Shown: positions 30,244-40,262, counted from the stretch's first letter. The stretch: 64,000 nucleotides of DNA from an uncultured Actinomycetota bacterium (GCA_963770565.1 CAVYQE010000011.1:512001-576000); one strand, 5' to 3'. Numbers and translations: made by a program. Notes: a model not told the origin generated them from the sequence alone.

Positions 30244-32373
30244 GTGTCGTACGCAGTTCTCGTTGCTCCCCAGACCCGTCCGCTGCGGCAGCCATTCACC
30301 GTTCATCAGCGAGCCTTTGTCGGGTTCGCGGCGCTTGCGCTCACGGCACTGACCGCGGCAGGTCTGCCGACGCTGTGGCCAGGTCACCCGGGTGGATCTC
30401 AGCCGCTCCCGGCCAGGGACGGCGTCAGCTCCCTGACGATGTCGAACCCGGCGCAACGCCTGACCGCGAGCTTCGGGTCGGGCGGCGCAACGGTCAGGTC
30501 TGATGGCGCTCGATTCACCCTTGGACTGACAGCCTTCGGCCGCGGTGCGCAGCTTCAGTCCGTCGCACCGGTCCAGCCACAGCTGCGGGACGGGATGATT
30601 CGCTACGCATATCCGGCTGCGGTGACCGAGACTTGGCGAAACGGACCCCTCGGGCTTGAGCAGGGCTTCGTTCTCTCGCAGCGGCCCGCCGGCAATGGAG
30701 CGCTGAGCATTGCCATGACTGCTCCGGCAACCTCGCTGCTATTGCGCGGCGCCGTGTTGCTGCCGGGTGGCCTGCGCTATGCCGGACTACGTGTGAGCGA
30801 CGCCAGCGGTCGGGTGCTGCATTCGTGGCTCGCGCTTGCGCACGGGCAGTTGCTGATCAAGGTGTCCGATCGCGGAGCGCATTACCCGGTACGGATCGAT
30901 CCGCTGGTGCAGCAGGCCAATGTGACCGCCAAGGATGGTGTGGTCGGGGACTACTTCGGGAGCAGCGTCGCAGTGTCCGGGCACACCCTGGTCGCGGGCG
31001 CTCCGTACCACAAGGTCGGTGTGAATTCGAACGAGGGCGCGGTGTACGTCTTCAGTGACCGCTCGGGTCATTGGAAGCAGATCGCCGAGCTCGCGGTGGC
31101 GGGCGGTTCGGCAAACCTGTATTTCGGCTCGACGGTCGGGATCTCCGGCAACACGATCGTCGCGAGCGCACCGTACGCGGGCGCGGCGAGCCAGGGCGCG
31201 CTGTACGTCTTCGGTGACGGCTCCGGCCGTTGGAAGCAGATCGCCGAACTGACCGCCTCAGACGCCGTGGCCGGCGACCAGCTCGGCCACTACTCCGTCG
31301 CGATCCAGGGCAAGACAATAGTCGCCGGCTCACCCGCACACGCAGTCAACTCAATCAGCGGTCAAGGGGCCGTGTATGTCTTCAACGAGCCTTCTGGTGG
31401 TTGGCACACGATGACGCAGAGCGCCGAGCTGAGCGAGGCACATGGGGCGCTCGACGATTGGGTTGGCTGGTCAGTGGGGATCTCCGGCAACACGATCGTG
31501 GCCGGCGCGCCCGCCCCGTACGAGGAGAGCAACCACCACGCGGCGGTGTTCGTCTTCACCAAGCGCTCAGGTCACTGGAAGCAGACGGGTGAGGTGCATC
31601 AGCGTGATGCCTCCATCAACAATGACATCGGCCAGGAGGTCGCGATCTCCGGCCACACGATCGCGGCGGGCGCACCGGAGTCCAACAACTTGTACATCTT
31701 CCAATCCGCCAGCGGCAAATGGAAGCAGACCGCGGACTTGACGTACAACGTGTGTGACTCCACCGAATGCTCGGGCGATTCGCTGGGCACTGCAGTCGCG
31801 TTTGCGGGCAACGCAATCGTTGCGGGTGCTGCTGCCGTTCGGAAGAACGACTACGTGGCCGCATTCCCCGAGTACCGGGAGTTCTCAGGCAAGTGGCGGC
31901 AGGTTGCGACGTTGTTTGCCGGCGCGAACCAGCACAGCACAGCGCAACGGTTCGCCGAGGCGCTCGCGAGCTCGGGCACCACCGTGGTGGCGGGTGTGTT
32001 CAATGGCGTTGACACCGGTTCGGTCGTGGTGTTGAAGGGCCGGGTCACCAGCGAAGGCCCGCTGATCGGGCAGATCGGTAGCGGTGCGGCTGGGGAGGCG
32101 GGAGTGCCCGTCACCTGCGAGCTTCCCGCCCATTCGACCTGCCGGGTGACCATCGGCGTGCATCGCTCAGGAAGCAAGCAGGTAATGGGACACGCGAAGC
32201 CGAAGAACATCCAGGGCACCGATATCAGGACCATCACGGTTCACTTCAATGCGGCCTTCGAGCGGCTGCTCTCGAGGCCGAAGGGCGTGAAGGTTACGTT
32301 CACGGTTCGCGAGACCTCTCATGGCAAGCTGAAGGCCTCCGGGAGTTCAACGGTCCAGTTCATCCCTGAATAG
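30244..32373 (+). CDS. Secreted FG-GAP repeat (beta-propeller) protein
   Basis: Repeats of FGSSVAVSGHTLVAGAP..GAVYVF..WKQIAEL; N-terminal hydrophobic segment; RBS AAGGAG. Confidence 0.85.
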   Translation: MSYAVLVAPQTRPLRQPFTVHQRAFVGFAALALTALTAAGLPTLWPGHPGGSQPLPARDGVSSLTMSNPAQRLTASFGSGGATVRSDGARFTLGLTAFGRGAQLQSVAPVQPQLRDGMIRYAYPAAVTETWRNGPLGLEQGFVLSQRPAGNGALSIAMTAPATSLLLRGAVLLPGGLRYAGLRVSDASGRVLHSWLALAHGQLLIKVSDRGAHYPVRIDPLVQQANVTAKDGVVGDYFGSSVAVSGHTLVAGAPYHKVGVNSNEGAVYVFSDRSGHWKQIAELAVAGGSANLYFGSTVGISGNTIVASAPYAGAASQGALYVFGDGSGRWKQIAELTASDAVAGDQLGHYSVAIQGKTIVAGSPAHAVNSISGQGAVYVFNEPSGGWHTMTQSAELSEAHGALDDWVGWSVGISGNTIVAGAPAPYEESNHHAAVFVFTKRSGHWKQTGEVHQRDASINNDIGQEVAISGHTIAAGAPESNNLYIFQSASGKWKQTADLTYNVCDSTECSGDSLGTAVAFAGNAIVAGAAAVRKNDYVAAFPEYREFSGKWRQVATLFAGANQHSTAQRFAEALASSGTTVVAGVFNGVDTGSVVVLKGRVTSEGPLIGQIGSGAAGEAGVPVTCELPAHSTCRVTIGVHRSGSKQVMGHAKPKNIQGTDIRTITVHFNAAFERLLSRPKGVKVTFTVRETSHGKLKASGSSTVQFIPE

Positions 32374-32472
32374 AGACAACGATCCGCACCGGAATCAGGT
32401 GACTGGGTTACCGGTGATCAGTCTGGTTTGTCGGGTGTTCGCAATCGCCCGATGGGGCGTGGCGGAGTCGCC

Positions 32473-32679
32473 CTACCGCCGCAGTAGCGGTGTCTCAGTG
32501 GTCGCCGCTCGGCTGTCCGGGACCTCCACCGGGCCTTGCAAACGTGCCCGCCGCGGCGCTCGCATCAAGGCGCCGAGCCGTCGCCGCCGCGGCCGGTGGG
32601 GAGGGCAGGGCGCGGCGCTGCAGGCCAGGCAGCGTTCACCGTCAGGGCCCAGCAACGCGCCGCAGTACGAGCAGAACAT
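32473..32679 (-). CDS. Small zinc-ribbon protein
   Basis: MFCSYCGALLGPDGERCLAC (CxxC-x10-CxxC). Confidence 0.5.
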   Translation of the reverse strand: MFCSYCGALLGPDGERCLACSAAPCPPHRPRRRRLGALMRAPRRARLQGPVEVPDSRAATTETPLLRR

Positions 32680-32802
32680 GCCGATGACGTCGACCTGACC
32701 GGCAGGCCTCTGATCACCCGGATGGGCGAGCGCCCATACCTCCCGGGAGCCGCGGGAGCTTGAGTCGAGCCCCGCAGACCACGGGCGACTCGGCTTCAGC
32801 GG

Positions 32803-32845
32803 ACAAAGAACCGCCCCCGCTGGGGGAGAGTCCTGCGGGGGCGGT
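32803..32845 (-). terminator. Intrinsic terminator-like hairpin with C-rich loop
   Basis: 11-bp stem 32810-32820 / 32835-32845 followed on the minus strand by TCTTTGT, just downstream of ORF 32880-33155. Confidence 0.6.
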
Positions 32846-32879
32846 GTGCCCGGTTAGCACTTCGTGCTTCGAACAGGCG

Positions 32880-33155
32880 CTAGCCGGCGCAGCTGTGGAG
32901 CGGCTGATCCAGGTGGCACATCGCCGACTGGTCCCTCCGGTATGCCCGGAGGGCATCCTCCGCGCGCTCGAGGTGGGCGAGGGCGAGCTCCTGCATCAGG
33001 TTGAGCTGCACGGACCGGACCGTCTCGCCTGAGTGCAGTCGGTCGAAGACCATGTGGCGTGCCCGCCGGTATGCCCGTTCCACATCGTCCAAGAGCATGT
33101 CCAGCTCGGGGCGGAGCGACGGCTGGTCGGGGAAGCTGAATTCCGTCCGGTTCAT
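32880..33155 (-). CDS. Hypothetical helical protein
   Basis: 91-aa ORF with AGAGG RBS and a downstream hairpin. Confidence 0.55.
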   Translation of the reverse strand: MNRTEFSFPDQPSLRPELDMLLDDVERAYRRARHMVFDRLHSGETVRSVQLNLMQELALAHLERAEDALRAYRRDQSAMCHLDQPLHSCAG

Positions 33156-33532
33156 GCCTCTAACTGTCGGCGTCGATGAGTCTGCGCGCCACCGCCAAAA
33201 GTCCTGAACGGGACGGGACCTCTGACATCGGTTGGATGGTGACAGGAACGGTGGTCCAGGCCGATCGGCGCCGATGCCAGCCGTTGATGACGGTGGTCGC
33301 CGCGCGCGCCGGGATTCCGGCGCGGTTCCTGGCCGCCACGGTGATCTGGTGCATCCCGCGCCTCGCGACCGGCTGTACCGTGTTGGTCCCCTGGCGCTTC
33401 AAGGGTGCAGGTGCGGTCGCCGGGAATGCGGCCGAACGGGTGAGACCGCGGCGACGAGCAACGTCGCTGGGCGCCCGATGTCAGATTGGTTGATGGCGTT
33501 GGCGGTCGGCGGCGCCCAATCCGGGAGGAATC

Positions 33533-34066
33533 GTGCGAATCAGTACTGCCAAGTCGGCGCCGATGATGGCGGTGGCCGTGGTCGGCCTCGTCGTCGGGCT
33601 TGCGCTGCCGGCCGCGGCACGCGAGACCAAGTTGATCATCAGCGGTAGCCAGATCAAGGCGAACACCGTGACCGGGAAGCAGGTCAAGGAGTCGACCCTG
33701 GCCACCGTGCCCAAGGCGACGCTGGCGACCAAGCTCCCACCCCTGGTCTGGCACCCGCTCGCGCTCGATGCTCCCTGGAAGAGTGTCGGATTCACGAACT
33801 TCGCTGCCGGGTACGCCGTCGACGCCCAAGGCATCGTGCACCTTCGCGGTGCGATCACCGGAGGCGAGGAGAACCAGGATGCATTCACCTTGCCGGCCGA
33901 TTTGACCCCGTCGTTCCTGAAGGTCCCGGTCCAGTGCACGGCGGGCGTCGGATTCCTCGAGATCAACGAAGACGGCGACCACGCCGTAAAGGTGGAGAGC
34001 CAGGAAGAGACCGAGGACGGTGGCAACCAGTACACCGATCTCGATGGTGTGACGTTCGCATCTTGA
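33533..34066 (+). CDS. Secreted protein with tail-fibre-like C-terminal beta domain
   Basis: Signal peptide ending PAAA; GIVHLRGAI..AFTLP..LDGVTF; RBS GGAGGA. Confidence 0.65.
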   Translation: MRISTAKSAPMMAVAVVGLVVGLALPAAARETKLIISGSQIKANTVTGKQVKESTLATVPKATLATKLPPLVWHPLALDAPWKSVGFTNFAAGYAVDAQGIVHLRGAITGGEENQDAFTLPADLTPSFLKVPVQCTAGVGFLEINEDGDHAVKVESQEETEDGGNQYTDLDGVTFAS

Positions 34067-34188
34067 CTCATTGAGTGCTCGCCGATCGTTGCAGGCGCCG
34101 GATCGACTGCAACACCATTGCAACGGGCGCTGACAACGTGAGTGTGCGCGATCATTGTGTACGGAACGCGACGCTCAGGGGGCAACGG

Positions 34189-35184
34189 ATGCATCAGATC
34201 AGGGTTGCTGCGGTTCAGACCGCGCCGGTCCTGCTGGACCGGGACGCGACGATCGACCGGGTGGAGCAATGGGCCGAGAAGGCGGCCGCTGAAGGCGCGG
34301 GCCTGGTCGCGTTCCCCGAGGCGTTCATTCCCGGCTATCCGGACTGGGTGTGGCGGACCCGGCCGTGGGACGCCAATGCCACCGCCTGTTACGCGCGACT
34401 GCTCGACCAGGCGCTCGTCGTCGGCTCACCGGCGTGCGACCGGCTCGGGCGGATCGCAGCCCGGCTCGGGATCTGGCTGTCGGTGGGAGCCGACGAGCGC
34501 GATCCGGACGGCTCAACGATCTACAACTCGTTGCTGCACTTCGCGCCGGACGGATCCCTGGCGGCCAGGCATCGCAAGCTCATGCCGACCGGTGGCGAGC
34601 GGCTGGTGTGGGGGATGGGTGATGGCTCGACCGTGCGGGTCGTCGACACCGACTTCGGCCGGCTCGGCGGGCTGATCTGCTGGGAGAACTACATGCCCTT
34701 GGCCCGGACCGCGCTATATGCCCAAGGGATCGACGTCTACCTCGCCCCGACCTGGGACAACTCAGACGAGTGGGTGCCGACCCTGCGCCACATCGCCAAG
34801 GAGGGGCGCACCTTCGTGATCGGCATCACCGCCTGCATTTCGGCGGCCGATGTCCCGGCGGATCTACCCGGACGCGACGAGCTGTACGCCGATCCCGCCG
34901 GGTGGCTCTCCCGCGGCAACTCGGCGATCGTCGGACCTGATGGTCAGCTTCTGGCCGGTCCGCTGATCGGGGAGCCGGGCGTCTTGTATGCCGACATCGA
35001 TGTGTCACTCGCCCGGGTGGCGCGTCAGGAGTTCGACCCGGTCGGCCACTACAGCCGCAGCGACGTGTTCCGCCTGGTGCTTGACGAGACACCGCGCACG
35101 GCGGTGACCGTCGTCGGCTCCGATCACGGGAGCGAGTCGTCCGTCTCGCCCTTCGTGCCGCCGGCCTCGGCTACTCCGGGCTGA
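34189..35184 (+). CDS. Nitrilase (carbon-nitrogen hydrolase)
   Basis: Catalytic triad motifs FPEAFIPGYP, HRKLMPT, ICWENYMP; FDPVGHYSR. Confidence 0.92.
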   Translation: MHQIRVAAVQTAPVLLDRDATIDRVEQWAEKAAAEGAGLVAFPEAFIPGYPDWVWRTRPWDANATACYARLLDQALVVGSPACDRLGRIAARLGIWLSVGADERDPDGSTIYNSLLHFAPDGSLAARHRKLMPTGGERLVWGMGDGSTVRVVDTDFGRLGGLICWENYMPLARTALYAQGIDVYLAPTWDNSDEWVPTLRHIAKEGRTFVIGITACISAADVPADLPGRDELYADPAGWLSRGNSAIVGPDGQLLAGPLIGEPGVLYADIDVSLARVARQEFDPVGHYSRSDVFRLVLDETPRTAVTVVGSDHGSESSVSPFVPPASATPG

Positions 35185-35237
35185 CCGTCGTCCCCACCCG
35201 TCGGTGGCCTTGCTGCACAGCGTTGACTGGCGCCGGC

Positions 35238-36176
35238 TCAGATCCGGCGGTAGTCCTGGCGGGACAGCCGCGGGCCTCGCCGCGGCGGCAGGCTGCCGGG
35301 AGTGAGCTCCAGCAGCCGTACGACGCGGAACCGGTGCGGCCGCCACGGCTCGTAGAACGCCTCGACGTCGTCCTCGTCGAGGGCGGTCCCGGTCAGCGCC
35401 CAGCCGGTCATCGCGGCCAGGTGGTAGTCACCGATCGGCAGGGCGTCGGCATCCCCGAGTGCGCGATGGCCGACTTGCGCCGCGGTCCACGGCCCCACTC
35501 CGGGGATCGCGAGCAGCAGCCGGTAGACCGCGCCCGGATCCGTCGCGGGGTCGGCGGCAACCCGTTCGAGCTTCGCGGCGTACCGGGCGCAGGCCAGTGC
35601 CGTCGTCGCGTGGCGCTGGTCGACGCCGGCCTTGTGCCACTCCCATGACGGCACTGCCAGCCACTGCTCGGCGGTGGGCGGCAGTCGCATGCCGCTCGGC
35701 ACCGGCCCGGGCGCCGGCTCGCCGAACCGGCTGACCAGCCGTCGCCACGCCGCCGCTGCGTCGATGCCGAGCACCTTCTGCTCGAGCACGGCGGGGATCA
35801 GCGCTTCCAGCACCCGGCCGGTGGCGGGGATCCGAAGTCCGCCGAGTCGGGCGTGCGCGCGGTGCAGCAGCGGATGTCGGGGCTCGAAGCTGTCGGGGTC
35901 GTCGCGCGCGCCGAGCAGGTCGGGAACTGCAGCGATCAACTCGGCGGCGCCCGGCCCCCACGCGGTCGCCGCCACTTCCCGCTGGCCAGGCTGGGTGATC
36001 CGATAGCTGACCGGGCCGGTTGGCATCCGGCTCGTACGCCACACCGCGCCGTCGGGGGTTTCGCGGTGGCGCGGGTCACCGCGATGGTGCCCGAGCAACG
36101 ACAGCGTGAGCCGGGCGTCGACCGGGTACGCCGGCCGCCAGACCGTGCTGATCTCCGGCTCGGCGACGACGGTCAC
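35238..36176 (-). CDS. AlkA-like DNA-3-methyladenine glycosylase (HhH-GPD)
   Basis: LIPAVLEQKV, LLAIPGVGPWTAA, GDADALPIGDYHL. Confidence 0.85.
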   Translation of the reverse strand: MTVVAEPEISTVWRPAYPVDARLTLSLLGHHRGDPRHRETPDGAVWRTSRMPTGPVSYRITQPGQREVAATAWGPGAAELIAAVPDLLGARDDPDSFEPRHPLLHRAHARLGGLRIPATGRVLEALIPAVLEQKVLGIDAAAAWRRLVSRFGEPAPGPVPSGMRLPPTAEQWLAVPSWEWHKAGVDQRHATTALACARYAAKLERVAADPATDPGAVYRLLLAIPGVGPWTAAQVGHRALGDADALPIGDYHLAAMTGWALTGTALDEDDVEAFYEPWRPHRFRVVRLLELTPGSLPPRRGPRLSRQDYRRI

Positions 36177-36277
36177 GCCGCCAGCCTGTCATCCGGCTGC
36201 GACCGGCGGTCCGGCTACTGTCGAGGAGTGCGCCCGCCGACCCCGCCCCGGCCGTTGACTGCACCGGCGGCGGGTCG

Positions 36278-36928
36278 ATGACGTCGGACCTCGCCGGTGG
36301 CGCGGAGGACTCCGAGGACTCCGATCTGGGCATCGCTCCGACTCCGTCGCCGTATCCGGCGTCGGCGACTGCGCAGTGGTGGGACGAGGCGCAGCGACCG
36401 TCGCGGGCGCCGTCGGCCGCGTCGTACACCGAGCTCGGCCGGGCGGTCGGCCAGCATCTGATCGATGTCCACGACCACTTGCGGGCCGAGCTCCGCCAGC
36501 TCCGCGAGCTGGTCGAACAGCTTCGGGTCGGCGCCGTCGATGCGGCGCAGGCCCGTAACTTCATCGCGCAGATGACGATCCGGCAGAACAACTGGACCGT
36601 CGGCGCCTACTGCGCGTCGTACTGCCGGATCCTGACCCAGCACCACAGCATGGAAGACATCGCGGTGTTCCCGCACCTGCGATCCGCCGACCCGAAGCTT
36701 GCTCCGGTGCTCGACCGCTTGGCCGAGGAACACCTGGTCATCCACGGTGTGCTCGAGACGGTCGATCGGGCTTTTGTGGACTTCCTTGCTCAACCGGGCG
36801 ATTTCGCCGCAATCGATGCCGCCTTGCATGCACTCGATTGCACCCTGCTGTCGCATCTGTCCTACGAGGAGGGGCAACTCGTCGAGCCGCTTGCCCGGCT
36901 CGGCTTCTACCCCGACCAGGTGACCTGA
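36278..36928 (+). CDS. Hemerythrin-like domain protein
   Basis: DVHDHLRAEL, QHHSMED..FPHL, EEHLVIH, SHLSYEE. Confidence 0.8.
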   Translation: MTSDLAGGAEDSEDSDLGIAPTPSPYPASATAQWWDEAQRPSRAPSAASYTELGRAVGQHLIDVHDHLRAELRQLRELVEQLRVGAVDAAQARNFIAQMTIRQNNWTVGAYCASYCRILTQHHSMEDIAVFPHLRSADPKLAPVLDRLAEEHLVIHGVLETVDRAFVDFLAQPGDFAAIDAALHALDCTLLSHLSYEEGQLVEPLARLGFYPDQVT

Positions 36929-37048
36929 TCGGCCCAGTCTGGACCGACCATCTGGCCTAGTGCTACCGTTTTTCTGCCCACCAAAAAGAGTAACTGCCGG
37001 TTCCTCAGCGTCCGCAATCGCGGGCGCTGGCGTCTACTCCGAGGTGTC

Positions 37049-37282
37049 ATGGCTGTCGGGTTCGCATTTACCTCACGAGCAGCAGAGTTGCTGAACCTCG
37101 TCATCGAGCGGCTAGAGGCCGAGTTCCCGTCGATGCCGCGCGGTCAGGTCGAGCGCTGCGTGGGCTTCGCGCGTGAATCGGCAAACACGACCGCGACCGA
37201 TCTCGGCGCCTACGCCAACATCGTCGAGGCCCTGGCCCGCGACTATCTGGAGAAGCTCCAGGCGGTCCACGGCAAGGGGTGA
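37049..37282 (+). CDS. Small three-helix-bundle (DUF3562-like) protein
   Basis: VIERLEAEFPSMPRGQVERCV..IVEALARDYL. Confidence 0.55.
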   Translation: MAVGFAFTSRAAELLNLVIERLEAEFPSMPRGQVERCVGFARESANTTATDLGAYANIVEALARDYLEKLQAVHGKG

Positions 37283-37339
37283 CCGGGCCGCCGATCGCGC
37301 CCCGCCTGCGATCGGCCGAGAAGTGCCACACTGTGCCGC

Positions 37340-37705
37340 GTGAACGAGTTGCCGCCTGAGCTTGCCGACGAAGCACAGCGCCGGCTCCGCGCAACCCGAG
37401 CACTCGACATGCGCAACAACCGGTACGGCGCGGCGTCGGCGTACATCGCGTGGGCGCTGGAGATCCTGCTCGAGCTCGACCCACTCGACACCGCGGTCCT
37501 GCTCGCCGACGGCGCAACGCTCGACTCGGTCCTGGCCCCGCATGTCCCGGTGGCCGAAGCTGACCTCGACCGGCTACGGGCCGAGGTGCGGCAGATGTAT
37601 GCCGGCCTCGAGGCGACCGCCGACCCGTCGCGACGCTCGGTCGAGGCGGTCCACAACATCGGACTGGCCTTGAGCCTGATCGAACAGACCCTGTTGCCGG
37701 AGTAG
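37340..37705 (+). CDS. Hypothetical protein
   Basis: 121-aa ORF with GC-rich third codon positions. Confidence 0.55.
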   Translation: MNELPPELADEAQRRLRATRALDMRNNRYGAASAYIAWALEILLELDPLDTAVLLADGATLDSVLAPHVPVAEADLDRLRAEVRQMYAGLEATADPSRRSVEAVHNIGLALSLIEQTLLPE

Positions 37706-37760
37706 CGGTCTGGTCGATCACGGCCTGCGCGCGACGACTTCCGCGGTGCAAACTGGTGGT

Positions 37761-38240
37761 ATGGCTCGCCGGGAGGACGATGCGTCCACGGCGAAGGCGA
37801 CTGCCCTGTTGCGATCGGCCGGTCAGCGGGTGACGAAGCCTCGGGTGGCCTTGCTGGCCTGCGTGGTCGCGGCCGGCGGCGATCACCTGTCTGCGGACGC
37901 GTTGCTCGACCAGGTGGCCGGCAGCGATCCGCCGATCCATCGGGCCACCGTCTATCGCACGCTCGAAGGGCTGACCGCGGCCGGCGTTCTGCGGCACGTG
38001 CACCTCGATCGCGGTCTCACGGCGTACCACCTGGCGGACGCTCGGCAGCTGGCCAACCACGGCCGGCCCGAGCATCTACACGCGCAGTGCTCGCAGTGTG
38101 GTCAGGTCACCGATCTCCCCGCCCACGTCCTGGGGGACACCGCTGCCCGGATCCGCCGGGTCAGCGGGTTCCGGCTCGACGCGAGCCACGTCGCGCTGTC
38201 CGGCCGCTGCCGTAACTGCGCCGAAGCCGGCACCCACTAG
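37761..38240 (+). CDS. Fur family transcriptional regulator
   Basis: GQRVTKPR, HLSA, RATVYRTL, HLHAQCSQCG, GRCRNC. Confidence 0.9.
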   Translation: MARREDDASTAKATALLRSAGQRVTKPRVALLACVVAAGGDHLSADALLDQVAGSDPPIHRATVYRTLEGLTAAGVLRHVHLDRGLTAYHLADARQLANHGRPEHLHAQCSQCGQVTDLPAHVLGDTAARIRRVSGFRLDASHVALSGRCRNCAEAGTH

Positions 38241-38345
38241 CGACCGGGTGATCTCTCGTTCGTCGGGCAACACAACGGCCGACCCTCCGATACTCTGACC
38301 CCTCCTCGGATCGAGCCGTCGAAGCCCGGCGGCGGAGAGGCAGCG

Positions 38346-40163
38346 ATGTCGCGTCGCGTGTCGAAGGCATCCCGCACCCTAGCCACCCTCGCGGTCGCGA
38401 CCGTCGTACCTGCGGCGTTCGCGGGTGCGCTCGGATCGGCGACCGCCGCTCCGCTCGGTCACGCTCACGCCGGCCGGACCTTCGTCGTCACCACGACGGC
38501 TGACAGCGTCGACGCCGACGTCGGTACGCCGAAATGCGCGGACGCGCACGGCAAGTGCTCGCTGCGGGCGGCGATCATGCAGGCGAACTTCGACGCAGGC
38601 CCTGACACCATCAAGGTCCCGGCCGGCACATACCGGCTGACCCGCAAGGGCCTCGACGATCTGGACGTGCTCGGTGACCTGGACATCGCTCATTCGCTGA
38701 CGTTGCAAGGTGCCGGCGCCGCCAAGACGATCATCGACGGCAACGGCAAAGTCACCGGCGACCGCGTCCTGCAGGTCCTCGGGACCGCAACCGACGTGAC
38801 GATCACCGGTGTCACGATTCGCGGCGGAACCGCACTGGACGGGACCTTCGACGAAGGCGGCGGCCTGGACTGGGCGGGGCAGGGCGGCAACAAGCTTGTC
38901 ATGACCCATGTGGTGGTGACGGGTAACCAGGCCTACTACGACGCCGGGTTGGCGCTCACCTTCAGCAACGACGAAGACATTGCGACCTTGACCGACCTGA
39001 CCGTGCAGGACAACCACGCGACTTCGGCAGCCGGGGGAGTCGGAGTGCACGTCGGCACTCAGGGAACGTTCCTGATGCGCGACAGCCTGGTCGTGGCCAA
39101 CCGGGCGTACGAGGGCGCGGGTATCTACCTCGATAGCAACGGTCCCTCCGATGCCAAATCGATCCAGATCCGGCACACCGTGGTCGCGTCCAATCAGGCC
39201 TCCGGGCTGTCCGGTGGTATGGAGAACCATGCCGGTTATGGCGGGAAACCGGTACTAATCGTCGGCACCTACTTCCACGACAACACCGCCAAATATCAGG
39301 GCGGCGGGATCGGGAACTATGGCAATCTCCATCTGAACAGCTCGACGGTCGAGGCCAACTCCTCCGGCCTGGGTGGCGGGATGTATGACTACGAAGGTGG
39401 CCTCGCGACGCTGACCAACGACACGCTCGCCGCCAACTCGGCCACGTCGGAGGGCGGAGCGGTCTACGTCGAGTTCTTCATTCACGGAATGGCCGACGTC
39501 GCGTTCCGGAGCTCGACATTGAGCGGCAATTCGGCCCCGACCGGTGGCGGTGTCTTCGTCGATCCGGCCGGCGCCCGCGCGTCGTTCGCGAATACGATCA
39601 TCGCCAAGGGCACCGGTGCCAACTGCAACGAGAACCTAGCCGGATTGACCAGTCTTTCGGACGACAGCTCGTGTGGCTTCGGGGCGGGCGATGGGATTGC
39701 GAACCTCGGGCTCGGCCCGATCGGCGCCCACGGCGGCTTCACCAGAACGCTGGTTCCCAAGGTCGGGAGCCCGGCTCTGGACGTCGGGACCGCGGCTGGC
39801 GCACCGGCGACCGATCAGCGCGGGATCACCCGGCCGCTGGGAACCGGGGTGGATATCGGCGCGGTCGAGGTCTGCCCGCTTGCGCCGGGAGTGCCGGTCC
39901 GGGTGGCTCCGCTCGGCGCTGCCAAGGGTCCACGCCTCACCCTCGACTGGAAAAACGTCGCGTGCATCCAGACGTACTCCGTCGTGATCAGGGCCAAGTC
40001 GACGAAGGGCAAGATCGTGCAGTCGAAGAGCGGATTGCTGACTTCGACGTTCCGTACGAAGAAGTTGGGCAAGGGCAAGACGTACTTCTGGCGGGTCAGC
40101 GCGATCGGCGACCGGGGGACCACGGTCTCCGGCTGGCACCGCGTACGGGTGAAGTTGCACTGA
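38346..40163 (+). CDS. Secreted CSLREA / choice-of-anchor Q beta-helix protein with FN3-like C-terminus
   Basis: VTTTAD..CSLRAAI, GDLDI, N-x-A..GGG repeats, GSPALD..TDQRGITRP..DIGAVE, YFWRVSA. Confidence 0.85.
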   Translation: MSRRVSKASRTLATLAVATVVPAAFAGALGSATAAPLGHAHAGRTFVVTTTADSVDADVGTPKCADAHGKCSLRAAIMQANFDAGPDTIKVPAGTYRLTRKGLDDLDVLGDLDIAHSLTLQGAGAAKTIIDGNGKVTGDRVLQVLGTATDVTITGVTIRGGTALDGTFDEGGGLDWAGQGGNKLVMTHVVVTGNQAYYDAGLALTFSNDEDIATLTDLTVQDNHATSAAGGVGVHVGTQGTFLMRDSLVVANRAYEGAGIYLDSNGPSDAKSIQIRHTVVASNQASGLSGGMENHAGYGGKPVLIVGTYFHDNTAKYQGGGIGNYGNLHLNSSTVEANSSGLGGGMYDYEGGLATLTNDTLAANSATSEGGAVYVEFFIHGMADVAFRSSTLSGNSAPTGGGVFVDPAGARASFANTIIAKGTGANCNENLAGLTSLSDDSSCGFGAGDGIANLGLGPIGAHGGFTRTLVPKVGSPALDVGTAAGAPATDQRGITRPLGTGVDIGAVEVCPLAPGVPVRVAPLGAAKGPRLTLDWKNVACIQTYSVVIRAKSTKGKIVQSKSGLLTSTFRTKKLGKGKTYFWRVSAIGDRGTTVSGWHRVRVKLH

Positions 40164-40164
40164 C

Positions 40165-40249
40165 CCAAGCAATGTCACATTGCCCCGCACTTCGTGGGGG
40201 CAATGTCACATCACCCCCGGAAACAGCTGGGCAATGTGACATTGCTTGG
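40165..40249. repeat. REP-like palindromic element between convergent genes
   Basis: 21-bp perfect inverted repeat CCAAGCAATGTCACATTGCCC (40165-40185 / 40229-40249) with a third internal GCAATGTCACAT copy. Confidence 0.8.
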
Positions 40250-40262
40250 AAACTGACGGGGG

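Noticed and set aside
33160-33402. 80-aa ORF with an FN3-like HQITVAARNRAG segment
   Set aside because: Too short, TTG start without a clear RBS; at most a remnant.
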